A DNA stretch of 64,000 nt, from contig OZ076409.1 of the NCBI GenBank assembly GCA_964187785.1, positions 54,624,001 through 54,688,000 of the forward strand, written 5' to 3'. How positions within the stretch are numbered: the stretch's first letter is position 1; the number at the start of each line of letters is the position of its first letter. Of this stretch, positions 25,106-35,874 are shown piece by piece. This DNA is from Amphiscolops sp. MND2022 (taxonomy: Eukaryota). The position numbers were made by a program, and so were the translations under genes. The notes under the pieces were generated by a model. The model worked only from the letters and a program-made list of their open reading frames with translations. It was not told the DNA's origin and did no database searches.

Positions 25106-25222
25106 ATAAGTTGCCTAATATCTCAACGGGAAACGATTTTTGAGAAAAACGTCAGGAACAAAAGTTATAGAGTATTCACACATAACAATGAAAAATAACT
25201 ACCTATTAATCAATTATTTGTC

Positions 25223-25532
25223 ATGTCAATATCTCTCAATCAAAGAATTTGTTGAAAAATATGGATTAAAAAAAAAAGAAACAAGAGTTTAATTGTATAT
25301 GATCAAACAATAAATGGGGAAGGATTGGGTGACTTCTTTAAATATTTGGGTTCTGCAACCAAAAACGTTGGAAAGAAAATACTCAATAATCCAGGCCGCG
25401 CATTGGAAATAGCAGCAAATATTGGAACTGTAGCAGCAATTAGAGAATCCAAAATTCATTGCTGCAACAGCCGCCGACGTTATTAAATTTGTTCATCAAG
25501 GAAAGCGTTTGTATTTGGGTAAAATTCATTAG
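25223..25532 (+). pseudogene. Small Polinton virion-type protein with an amphipathic helix (frameshifted)
   Basis: YDQTINGEGLGDFFKYLGSATKNVGKKILNNPGRALEIAANIG..FVHQGKRLYLGKIH*. Absent from the ORF track because of frameshifts. Confidence 0.55.
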
Positions 25533-25545
25533 GTATATTTAATAA

Positions 25546-26547
25546 ATGTATTCAATTCATAATAGGGATGACTTGGAAAAAAAATTACAAGATACAAAAT
25601 CTTTACTACACAGAGAAAGATTAAAAGAGAAACTAGGGAAGCAAGACTTTTAATACGATATGGAAGAAGTTATTGAACCCATAACAGAAAACCAGAAACA
25701 AAACCAAACTAAACAAAAAGAACTTTCCGAAAAGCAAATACAAGCACTACGTGATTCTACTCAAACTACAACACAAGCAATCGAAAATCAGACAAGAGCA
25801 ATAGAACACAGTAGTGATATTTTAAATAAGAATTTACAAAAATCTATTAAAGAAGGAATACAAGAATATGGTGAAATTACAAAACGTAATAATAAGCTCC
25901 TTACAAATCTTGTTAATTCCAACCAAGTTGATTCTAGTATTATAAAGACAGTTTCCAAGCTTCTTAACACCAAAAGTCAATTTAGTTTAAAACCCACAAA
26001 AGGTTATCCAAATTTATTCACATTTAATCCCCATAACCCACAACAAGTGCTAATCAAAGGTTCAACGATGACTTTCGAGAATGGACATTCATACGATCTT
26101 AGTGACCCAGATTTTCAATATTTTATAACTAATACACAATTTGATATAGAAATAAATAACCTGGACACAATTTATAGTTTTTTAATTGATATCAAATATA
26201 ACATAAATTATGGGGATAAAAAATCAACGAGATATTATTTTATTAAAGAGTTGTACTCTCGCTATCATTGGGGTAATACTATCGACAACAAACAATTGCA
26301 GGGCTTCGCAGGAAGCGGATTACACAGCTACACACAGGGCTCCACACAACAGTATAATTTCCTCCCATCTGATCCAAATGAGTTTGTGGATCAATAAAAA
26401 CTACTTTATTTTGAAAAAGTAGGAGGAAATGACAGTTTTCTACTCAATGAACAAATCATAGCAATTGTAGGTAAACTCTTTGAGTATGAATGCATAACAC
26501 CTTCTCAACACCAAAATATGCGAAGTATGTTAAGTACGCAACCTTGA
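25546..26547 (+). pseudogene. Polinton-type hypothetical protein (two in-frame stops)
   Basis: One frame from ATG 25546 with TAA at 25651 and 26395. Coiled N-terminus and C-terminal LPSDPNEFVDQ*KLL..GGND..NEQIIAIV motif of a kind seen in Polinton ORFs. Confidence 0.6.
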
Positions 26548-27646
26548 AATTGATCCGTATGTGTATTAAAGATCTTGTAATTTGGATAAGATTCATTACA
26601 CACCTGGTTTTTACTCCCATTTTTATCTTCCAATCTATTTATTATTAAGTAGTTGTAATTTTCTTTCCACGCCTCTCTGCACAACTCGTTGAATTCATCA
26701 TGAGACATATCAAAACCTGCTATATCTCTGTATATGTGTTCTATATCTTTCAAGGTTTGTTGAAGTAAAATTATTATATTCGACATGTTTCTAATTGTTC
26801 TTTTGGGTAACTCGAAGTAACTCTGACTTAGGTAAAAAACATCACACAAGTTGTGTCTTCCTCTAGTAAAAAATGGATCTTTTAATTTCTGATTGGAGTC
26901 TAGCATATCATCAAACACAACACAACAATTTAGAGAATCTTGAATATTTTTATCACCTAAATCTTTTTCCACTACCAGTCCCAAATCCCCGACATCCAGT
27001 TTCATCTTGCTCCCCACATCTTCATACTGTTCAGGACTTCTCGTAATGATATGTAATGATATGTTTTTCACTATCACACAATCGAATTAATTGTAATTTG
27101 TTTAATAAAAAAGTGAGTTTTACCACAAAGTGATTGGCAAACTATTAATATACTATAATGCTGTAATACATCATTATCAACTTCATTGGGAGCGCCGTTG
27201 GCGATAGCTTCCGCGGCATCTTTGGTAGCACATTTAATAACACATTTCAAAGAATCTTTGATATTAATAGATTGTTCATAACGAAGCCCTTGTGCGTAGC
27301 TCTGCGCGGAGCCCTGGCGATGGCCCTGTGTGTAGCCTTGCGCGTAGCTCTGCGCGTAGCTCTGCAAGTGCTGCTTCTTAATATGAGACCTTAAACAACT
27401 TTTATTTAATTCCTCATTACAAAATTCACACCTCACCTTCTTATTAAAACATTCTATACATGTACTGTACATTTTACCGTTTTTATACCTATAAAAAATT
27501 GAATTGGAATCTGTCTTCATTTTATTACACTCTTTACATCTTTTTTTATTACTACAATCATCACATAAAGATTTTTCACTACTTTCATTACAAATTAAGC
27601 ACTTCTCTCTAAGTGTTTCTCTAAGAATCACGTCTTTAAGAATCAC
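26505..27646 (-). pseudogene. A32/FtsK-like packaging ATPase 1 with N-terminal Cys/His zinc-finger region
   Basis: Degenerate Walker A ILIVCQSLCGKT, Walker B CVVFDD, TRGRH, LSQSY, IRNM. Five CxxC pairs upstream. Split by a T-run frameshift and a 10-bp duplication near 27050-27115. Confidence 0.85.
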
Positions 27647-27892
27647 GAAATTCCTCTAAACTTCTCTCAGAATCACTAAATTAAATCTCTAAAAATCTCT
27701 ACAAAACTCTATGTGTCTTAAAACTCTCTAAATTTCTCTTAGAGCATGATTTAGAGAAAAATAGAGGACTCTTAGAGATTCTTAGAGAAATTAGTGAATC
27801 TCAAAAAATCTCCAAGAATCTCTAAATTCCTCTAAGAATCTCATCACTAAGAATCACTAAGAATCTCTAAATTCCTCTAAACTTCTCTAAAT
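27603..27892. repeat. Low-complexity CTCTAA/CTAAGAATC repeat block with an internal inverted segment
   Basis: Motif repeats on the + strand except at ~27739-27798, where it reads TTAGAG. Confidence 0.75.
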
Positions 27893-27928
27893 CAATAAAA
27901 TTTTTTAAAACTTTTTTTAAATGTTTTT

Positions 27929-28189
27929 CTAATGTTTCGCTAATTTCGCTAATTTTCTCTGAGCATTATTCAGTTTATTTTCAGTAAAATTTTTCGCATG
28001 ATCATAAAGAAACTTCTTGAAGTCCTCTTTAAGTTCATTTGAAGTCAGTGGTTGTTGCATGCGCTGTCCGTTATTGTCTATTTTGGATTCATTCACTTTT
28101 ATTTTGATTTGTTTACAATACTCCACATAATAAAAAGCTACGTTGTACGGTGTTATTTCAATTGTCTGGTCAGACATCTCCTCTAACAC
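27929..28189 (-). CDS. Polinton hypothetical protein (86 aa)
   Basis: Open frame co-oriented with, and abutting, ATPase 2. Confidence 0.45.
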   Translation of the reverse strand: MLEEMSDQTIEITPYNVAFYYVEYCKQIKIKVNESKIDNNGQRMQQPLTSNELKEDFKKFLYDHAKNFTENKLNNAQRKLAKLAKH

Positions 28190-29079
28190 ACCTTCATTTT
28201 GTTGTATTCCTCACCACTGAAAAAGTAACTTTCATAAGCAACGTAATCCTCTGGATCCCAATTATTCTGTTTGCTAGAATCATAAATTAAATTGTACTTG
28301 TGATTTAATACCTTGTATTTCTGACTCCTTGTGTCAAATTCAAATTTACCAAAGTCTAACTGATCGCGGAAGTATTTCCACCTAAGAAGGAAACCAGGAT
28401 CTTTAATTGAATAAGTTTGTACAATCGACTCGAAAAAGGTATCTGAGTTATTAATTGTTAAGTATATTTTAAACAATTTTCTCTTACAACTGGGAGAACA
28501 TCCTTTGCATAGTGAGCGAGATAAATTACTACTATACCATGACGTCTACCGAACCTATATAAATCATCCACTTTCGTTTTGAGACTCTTGTCTGCAGCTG
28601 CATCATCCAGTATTACCGTTTTATTAGCAAGTGATTCAATGCCTATTTTTTCTAACTGTAACAAGGGTACAAAATTGGAAGCATGAAACTCATTTTCGTC
28701 TCGTCCGAATACTAAATAATCACGTTTTTTTTTGCGTTAGCTGTCGCGTGGAGCCCTGCAGTCTGTGTTAAATAATGCTTCAAAAAGGATGTCTTCCCTG
28801 ACCCACTACTACCATAAATTAAAAAGTGAGGGTTAGTATTTTCATATTTTCAATCGTTGGAGCAAGTTGTTGATTTTGCGAAGTGCCTACGGCAGCCCCA
28901 TTGCGATGAGAGTATTTGAACCCTTTGAGTTGTAAAAATTTTCTATAATTTTTTTTGTACCATCTAGGTTGCAAATTTTTCCAATATATTACAATAGCAA
29001 TAAATATAAATAAAATTATGCATACAATAAACATTGCGTAGCTTCGCACGGAGCCCTGCGGATTTATGTGATTCCACAT
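28183..29079 (-). pseudogene. A32/FtsK-like ATPase 2, probably with an N-terminal transmembrane helix (frameshifted)
   Basis: PHFLIYGSSGSGKTSFL (~28830-28780), KTVILDDA, FGRRHGI, VVRENC. The overlapping upstream ORF has MFIVCIILFIFIAIVIYW and joins via a 1-nt shift near 28848. Confidence 0.75.
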
Positions 29080-29168
29080 CCTCTGATACCAATATCTAGT
29101 GTTTTACCCGCATCATCATTATTCAAGCAATAATCATTATTCATCTATTTAGAAAAACATTGTTATAA

Positions 29169-29911
29169 ATGAACCTAAAACAACAAATCACTGAAGAAAT
29201 ATTCTCTCCTGTAATCAAAAACTTTCAAAGAATTCAAATACAAACACACTATAAAGATGAATATTGGAGTATCGATTTAATTGATCGATCAAGTTTAAGC
29301 AAATACAACAAAAACTACAAGTTTATTTTTACAATAATTGACAGTCATACTAAATATGCATGGGCGATTCCTCTTAAAGATGAGTCCGGAAAAAGTACAA
29401 CAACTGCATTCAAGAAACTCATTGAAAATGAAAAGAGAAAACCACAAAAAGTGTGGAGTGATAGAGGTAAAGAGTTTTACAACCAGACATATTTACACTA
29501 TTAAAACGAGCAAAATATTCAAATTCATTCAACCAATTCAGATTTGAAGGCTGTTTTTGTTGAACGTTTCAATAGAACACTTTTGGACCTAGTTAAGGAA
29601 CCAATGAATATTGAAGGTAAAGGTAACTGGCTGAATCACCTTGATGCTGCTTTACAAAAGTATAACAATTGTGTCCATGGTACAATAAAAATGACACCAT
29701 TTGAAAAGAGTTTTTGTGCAGCTTCGCGCGCAGCCTCGCAGAGTGCAATACCCAATAATCATAATAATAAAGTGCCCAAGTTCCGCGCAGCTTCGCGCGC
29801 AGCTTCGCTCAAATTCCCGAAGTTCCAAGTAGGGGATTTTGTAAGAGTTCCTGACAAAAGGAACATTTATTCAAAAGGTTATACAACAAATTGGAATAGA
29901 GAACTTTTTAA
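29169..29911 (+). pseudogene. Polinton retroviral-like (rve/DDE) integrase with one in-frame stop, C-terminus deleted
   Basis: WSIDLID, IIDSHTKYAWAIPLK, WSDRGKEF, VERFNRTL, KFQVGDFVRV..KGYTTNW. TAA at 29502-29504. Confidence 0.9.
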
Positions 29912-29913
29912 AT

Positions 29914-30824
29914 TTGCACCCAATTTGTTTAATGTATAAACTTTTAACTAGTAGTCAACAAACTTCCCAATGGATGTACGGGTTTGAAGAAAGTACTACT
30001 ATCAGAAGACAAGAAGTAACAAACAATAAGACAGAGAAAGGAACCTTTTTTGTGAGAATAAAACTAAAAGACGTGTTTGGATTTGCTGATCAAGAAAAAG
30101 TAACTTATGGATTGGGCTACACTCTTACTTTAAAACGGAATAATAGTAAAGATGTTATCATAAGAGGTGCTGGAGTGGATGTTGCAAAAGTAAATGTGAA
30201 AGACATTTCTTGGTATATTCCACACTATGTAGCAAACTTAGAAAACCAACAACTTGTCCTTAATCAAATATTAAATAAAGACCCAACCGAGTTGTACCAC
30301 ACCGAACGTACTGTTTTTAGAAAAGATGTTAACACCAATAACAATTGGACATTTGAGGTAGGCACTTCAGGAAGATCAACACCAACTTTTGTGATTGTTG
30401 GATTCCAAGGTAGATTTCAAATTGATTCACAAACACACGATAATGCAACATTTGATAGAGCTTCGGTTAGTAATGCTGTTTGTAAAATAGGATCAGAAAA
30501 ATATCCCGATGATCGAATAGAATGTGACTACGACCGCGACAAATATGATCAAGCATACAGTAATTCGAGAACTTTTATATCTTACACTCTGAGTGTAATC
30601 AACCCAACCCATTTATTGATTTGCACAAATTCAGAAAAAGTTATACTTTTTATGTATTCGATTTATCCAAACAAAAAGACCAAATAGCTTCTCAACCAAT
30701 CAGATTATAATTTAAAATTAATGCTGCTTTTGGTGTAGCAGACTATATAGCTTATGCCTTAGTTCTGACCCCAGTACTAATAAGTATTAGTAGTGATGGA
30801 CAAAGGCATTTTGATTTAATATGA
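29914..30824 (+). pseudogene. Polinton major capsid protein (double jelly-roll), N-terminus lost, frameshifted
   Basis: IKLKDVFGFAD..YGLGYTLTLKR, ISWYIPHY, PTFVIVGFQ, FDR..IGSEKYP, FDLSKQ..AYALVL..DGQRHFDLI*. Confidence 0.8.
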
Positions 30825-31020
30825 TAATCAATGATAATCAATGATAATAAATATAAAACGCGTAGCTTCACGCAGCTTCACGCAATAATAATAAAGTATT
30901 TATTTTTATTAATCATACTTTGTAATAATGATGATAGTATGATTAGATTCGCAATCATAAAAGATGTGTGTCACAATAAATGGGCCCGATCACTTATCAG
31001 ATTTAAAAGAACTTGATGAT

Positions 31021-33604
31021 TCAATTTTTTTTCAGAGTCCAAATGTTATAGTATATTTCTTCATCCCGGAGGGGTTTGCCATCCGTTTTACTTCTGCTCA
31101 ATTCTTTATAATACAAACCGAGTAATTTCAAACAGTACATACAAGGACAATCGCTTTTCTGGGTGTGCTTATCCCATAATAAATTTTGTACTGGATTTAT
31201 GTACACACGCTTGTCATCAAAAGGATTCAAAGCTAGTTTGTTTTGTTTCTCCACACTTAGTTTGTGTAAATTAGATCTAATTGAATAATTTGTTGCACTT
31301 GTTGTTTCGGACATAAACAAACAACGTGTGTAATCTTCACATTCAGGGGCGTTTTGTATTCCTTTTGTCTCGCTTTTTGAATACTATTATAACTAAAAGA
31401 ATACGATTTTGATCGTAAAGCTGTGGAGCTATATAACACCAAAACTGGACTTGTTTCAGTTTTCATTTTTCCTATAACTTTTTTGTTGGTTGGGTTGTAC
31501 AGTTGATGAGCATTGTCTCGTTCACTGAAATCAAATTCATTTTTATTTTGTTTTAAAGATCCAAATAAAATTTTCCAACTGACTGTCAAAACTAAGAACA
31601 AAAGAATCTGTATCCATGTAGTGAAGTTGTACTTTATTTTGTCAGTGTGGTTTTAAAGTATTGTAATAAAATTCATACATTAGTAACTAACTTAGTTCTA
31701 AAACTGTAAAACCTAAATAAATTGGTCTATCAAAGACTGTTTTTTCTTTATCAAACTTGTACACACTAAACACACTGTACCAATTCACAATACCTTTGAA
31801 ACTTAACGTGGATTGTCTTTTTATCATTTGCTGTATTTGAGAATGATCAAGGGATTCTAGATTAACACGGTCTCTTACATTTCTCATAGTCTTACCGAAG
31901 AAAGCATTATTCAATAATTTGGACAAATCTTTTTCGAAGTTTGCTTTTGCTTTGGTGCGTTTTTGGGTGTTATGGTCAGTGTATTTTGCTAACCATGGAC
32001 TTTGCTTGAAGCGGTAGATTGTATGAATATGTGTTACTTTCATCCCCATTTTAGTGTAAAACTTGAACATCCTGTAGTGTATCATATTTTTTTGTTGTTT
32101 GTTAGGTCACACACAAGTTTCTGGGTTGGTTTGTAGTTGGGTTGTTTTACACTATTCATATAATTTGAGAAACACTCTGGATCTGCTTTGCTTTGATAAG
32201 GACAAAGAGGAAAGTTTTCTGTTTTTTCTTTAATTTCTGCTGGATATTCTAAATCACATTCTATGAAGAATCCATATGTGTTGTTGTCTGGAATAAATCT
32301 CACATCGTCTACTGTTTGTTCTAGTTCATACTGTTGTGGAAAGTGTAGTTTTTCAAATGTGCCTGTAGGAAGGTATCGACTCATTGCCCATCCATATAGA
32401 GTATTAGCGTCGATGTACAAGATTTGTTTGTTTTCGTTTGATTCAACAAATCGATCACCCATAACACTTGAAATTCTTCCACGTATGTTATTTTCCAATA
32501 ACAGAAACAAGTGTTCATCTTTTATAAAGTCGAACTTGATATTAGTCAACTTCAATCCAGCTTTCCATGTATACCCAGGAGCTGAGAAGGAGTACAATGG
32601 ATTGATGCCATACTCTTCAGTGGATGTTTCCACAAAGTTCTCAAAGATATCACTTAGTTGAAGGACATCCATTTTTAAGTATAACATAGTTGTTGAGGTG
32701 TTGTAATGTTGTGTTTGTCAATTAATTGTTGGGTTCTTTTTATATCATCATCACACGGGTAAGATTGTGTTAATAACTTGATGTTCTATTTTAGATCCTC
32801 AACGAGACAAAGGTGTGCTAGGAGGCACCATAAAAAATAATATTGATCATCTTTTTTTATATTTATAATTGATTTATTATTCTTATATTTTCCTGGCAAC
32901 TGAATGTATGAAGAAGCTTGAATATCATTGACTTTATATATTTCTTATATAACATTGACAATACCGTTCAACACAAACCCTGATCCTTCTAATTGTTCAT
33001 CATCTAATTTCTGCATTAATGTGCTGTGAGTTGTATGATTAGTACCGAAGGTGCTTTGCATGTGATTATAATTAAACTCTGATTTAACCCATTTGTGAAA
33101 TACATTTTCTTCTTCATTAACTATTTTTGAAAACTTAGCTAAATAACTCAATTGATATTTAATCGGGGAATGAAATTTTTATCTGGTAATAAATTTATGT
33201 GATGTTCGAGATTTTCCGAAGCTGTGCCAGTTGGATTCACTCTCAGTTTAATGTATGTTTTTTCATTCACAATTACTTCTACTCCATTACCGAAGGTGTT
33301 TTGTGTGCTTCGTGTATCTTGACTAATTTGGTTGTTTTGACTTCTTAACGTGTGAATTTCACTTTGGAAATGTCTTGTTTTATCACTAATGTATTTACCA
33401 CAATCTTCACACCAAATGTGTTGTTGTTTGGTTTTGTTCTTGTGTTAGTCTGAACTTAAATGATTTGACTTGTCTGATAGGGGCATAAATAATTACATTT
33501 TTTACAATAATATTGATTTAATGTTTCTAAATGTTTCACTAATTTTAGATGATCAGACTTGAAAGTTTTTTTATAATCAGAATTACAAATACTACTGTTC
33601 CCAT
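31021..33604 (-). pseudogene. Protein-primed family B DNA polymerase with Cys/His-rich N-terminus; exonuclease region deleted
   Basis: YLKMDVLQLSDIFENF, YIDANTLYGWAM, KLLNNAFFGKT, LHYMDTDSF (~31600-31630), LNPFDDKR. Several frameshifts. Confidence 0.92.
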
Positions 33605-33775
33605 ATTTTTTATATAATAAATTTACGAATTTAATAGCAGTATATTTTTCAATAGTATATTTTTCAAATAATGAGTGGTAGTTTTTATTTTACTTTATAT
33701 GTTAAAAGTAGTGTCTTTTCAATTAATGAGTGTTAATTTTCATTTTACTTTTCATGTTAAAATTGAACAAATTAA

Positions 33776-34360
33776 TTATAAAAAATTGTATGGCTTATGC
33801 GATGTCAGTGTTGCAGTCGGTGTTATTGTATAGCGTAGCTTCGCACGCTTGTTTGTAAACATATTTTGCGTTTGATAATTTTCATACATGTTCACGAATT
33901 GGTGATATTCTTTTTCATCTATGTGATTATCTTTTAAGCTAGTGGTAATTATTTGTTTAAAGTCATCAAGTGTCTTCTGAATAATAGCGTACTTAAGTTT
34001 ATAATTTTGCTTCTTTTTCTTCAAATAACTGGAACAAATTTTAACAAGAATACCAGTTGCACAACCAACTCCTGCAGTGATTGGAACAACTATAATTCCC
34101 ACACCAGTAATACTTCGTATAACAGATGCTGAAGTTGTTCCTATTATTATAAGACCATCTGTCGAGGTAATTAGGTTATTTATTGGCTTGCATTTGAAGT
34201 ATTTCTTATATTTCTTTTCTTCCAATTCATAATATTTCATCATTAGACTAATGTTTTGAATAGAATTATTGAAACTAGATACCTTTGCTAAATGCTTATT
34301 TATCATTGATTCTATATCGCTATTTAAATAGGGCGCGGAAGGATATTGTTTTTGTTCCAT
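33776..34360 (-). CDS. Polinton 194-aa protein with an N-terminal PSAP motif and hydrophobic hairpin
   Basis: Intact ORF. YPSAP at residues 6-10 and GLIIIGTTSASVIRSITGVGIIVVPITAGVGCATGILV between basic helices. Confidence 0.7.
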   Translation of the reverse strand: MEQKQYPSAPYLNSDIESMINKHLAKVSSFNNSIQNISLMMKYYELEEKKYKKYFKCKPINNLITSTDGLIIIGTTSASVIRSITGVGIIVVPITAGVGCATGILVKICSSYLKKKKQNYKLKYAIIQKTLDDFKQIITTSLKDNHIDEKEYHQFVNMYENYQTQNMFTNKRAKLRYTITPTATLTSHKPYNFL

Positions 34361-34528
34361 TTATATCCAAATAAGAACACATTTTGTTCATTCATATAAA
34401 ATGAAATTTATTTCCGTTGGTGTTTATTTCATTCTGTGTTTCATATCGACAAGGTCTTTATAGGAATCTTTTTTCAATGACTTCAAAATACTTTCTCTGG
34501 TAGCAGATTGTGAATCAGACAGACAATA

Positions 34529-34992
34529 TTAACCATCTGAAGTAGGTATTGTTTTTCCATACTTTTCCAAGAGATGTGTTTCACTGAAAGTAAGATGATT
34601 TGCAAAAGCTTGATCTTTATTGGGAAAAGAATCGAATAAACCTTTGTCATGGAGCAGTTGAATTATGTTCTTAGTTATAGTAATTTTATTTTGATCTAGG
34701 CTATTAAGAATATTATTTATTTCATTTTCATTTAAAATCATTCCAGCTTGACCCGGAGTTGACATAAACTTTAAGTTACGGACTGTTAACATTGAAAACT
34801 ATTGTTGTGTATTAAATTTAGTACTTCACTTACTAAAGTAGTTCTTAGTTCGGCGAAAGGTTTTTCCATATTTTGTTCTAACTTATTTATGGTTTTTGAA
34901 AGGTCTGAAAACTGGGAATAAATATCTTTGATTAATTTTGTCTTTAATAAAACATTTTGAACTTCCTGTGAGTCTAGTATTTGGTCTAGCAT
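34529..34992 (-). CDS. Two small Polinton hypothetical ORFs (68 and 87 aa), possibly fragments
   Basis: ORF track; co-oriented and tightly packed inside the element. Confidence 0.35.
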
Positions 34993-35210
34993 TTTTTTCT
35001 ATCAATTTCTCTTAATTTTCTGATAAATCTTCAAAATCTTCTTTTAATTTGGAATGGGTTGTTTGGGCTATCTTTTCTTGACTTTTTATTATATCTTTTA
35101 GCTCCTGATATTCTCTCAGTTTTAGCTGTTCACTAGAATAACCAAACTTATGAAGAGACGGAGTTTCCTACATCTATTAAGATGAAAAAGTTTAATGAAA
35201 GGGTGTCGAG

Positions 35211-35874
35211 AAAGTCGTTTCCCGTTGAGATATTAGGCAAGTTATCTTAACGCAAAAGCTTAACGCGAAAGCTTAACGCAAAAGCTTAACGCGAATGCTT
35301 AACGCGAAAGTTTAACGCATGTGCTACAGACGTCCACCGCTCGCAAATTAACTACACAGGATTTTACCTCCCACTGGTTAATTCACTTTAGAGCTCCAGT
35401 TTATGTAACACACAATCGTTTCCCCTCCCGAAAGTGTGTCCTGGTGAAGCTCACGTTACTATTGTCAATACTGCTCGAAAGCGGAGGAAAGGATGACAAA
35501 TATTTTTAAGCAATGAGTAACTTGTCAGTAAAAATAATATACTAACTTCCTTATATACCCCCATCCACTAATGGTGAAATTAAAATATGCTTTGTCGCGG
35601 ACTCGAACACGTGTGTTAGGAGTGTGAAGCTGCGCGAACGTAAAATTCCAGTGGCCTAACCACTGAGCCATTGGAACCAAATTTATGTCCACGCCAGTTG
35701 TTTACCTTGCACTGCTTTTACATTGCATTGCTTTTACACACACACCACAGAGGTTAGAGATTGGTAAAACACTAATTTGTTGATTTGTTCTTGGAAAAAT
35801 GCCTCTAAAAGGAGGGTTTTGGGGCTTTTGAAATTTTTTGTTGCTTGGCCCGAATCGGCATTTCGCTTACTATT
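35211..35874 (-). repeat. Right TIR of Polinton (~664 bp)
   Basis: Reverse complement of 24423-25139. Confidence 0.95.

Larger units (their letters stand above)
24423..25139 (+). repeat. Left TIR of Polinton (~717 bp)
   Basis: Reverse complement of ~35211-35874 with scattered substitutions, plus an extra 27 bp and two extra 13-bp units. Confidence 0.95.
24423..35874. mobile_element. Polinton/Maverick (polintovirus-like) element, internally deleted and decaying, 11,452 bp
   Basis: Long TIRs (AGTAGT.../...ACTATT) and 6-bp TSD ATTGGG (24417-24422, 35875-35880). Contains pPolB, rve integrase, major capsid and ATPase remnants. Confidence 0.95.

Noticed and set aside
32263..32661. Plus-strand 132-aa ORF
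   Set aside because: Antisense to the conserved pPolB core.
24423..35874. Intact active virus, or contaminating phage sequence
   Set aside because: Core genes have stops, frameshifts and deletions. The TSD and intronic position show integration in host DNA. No protease or minor capsid recognised.
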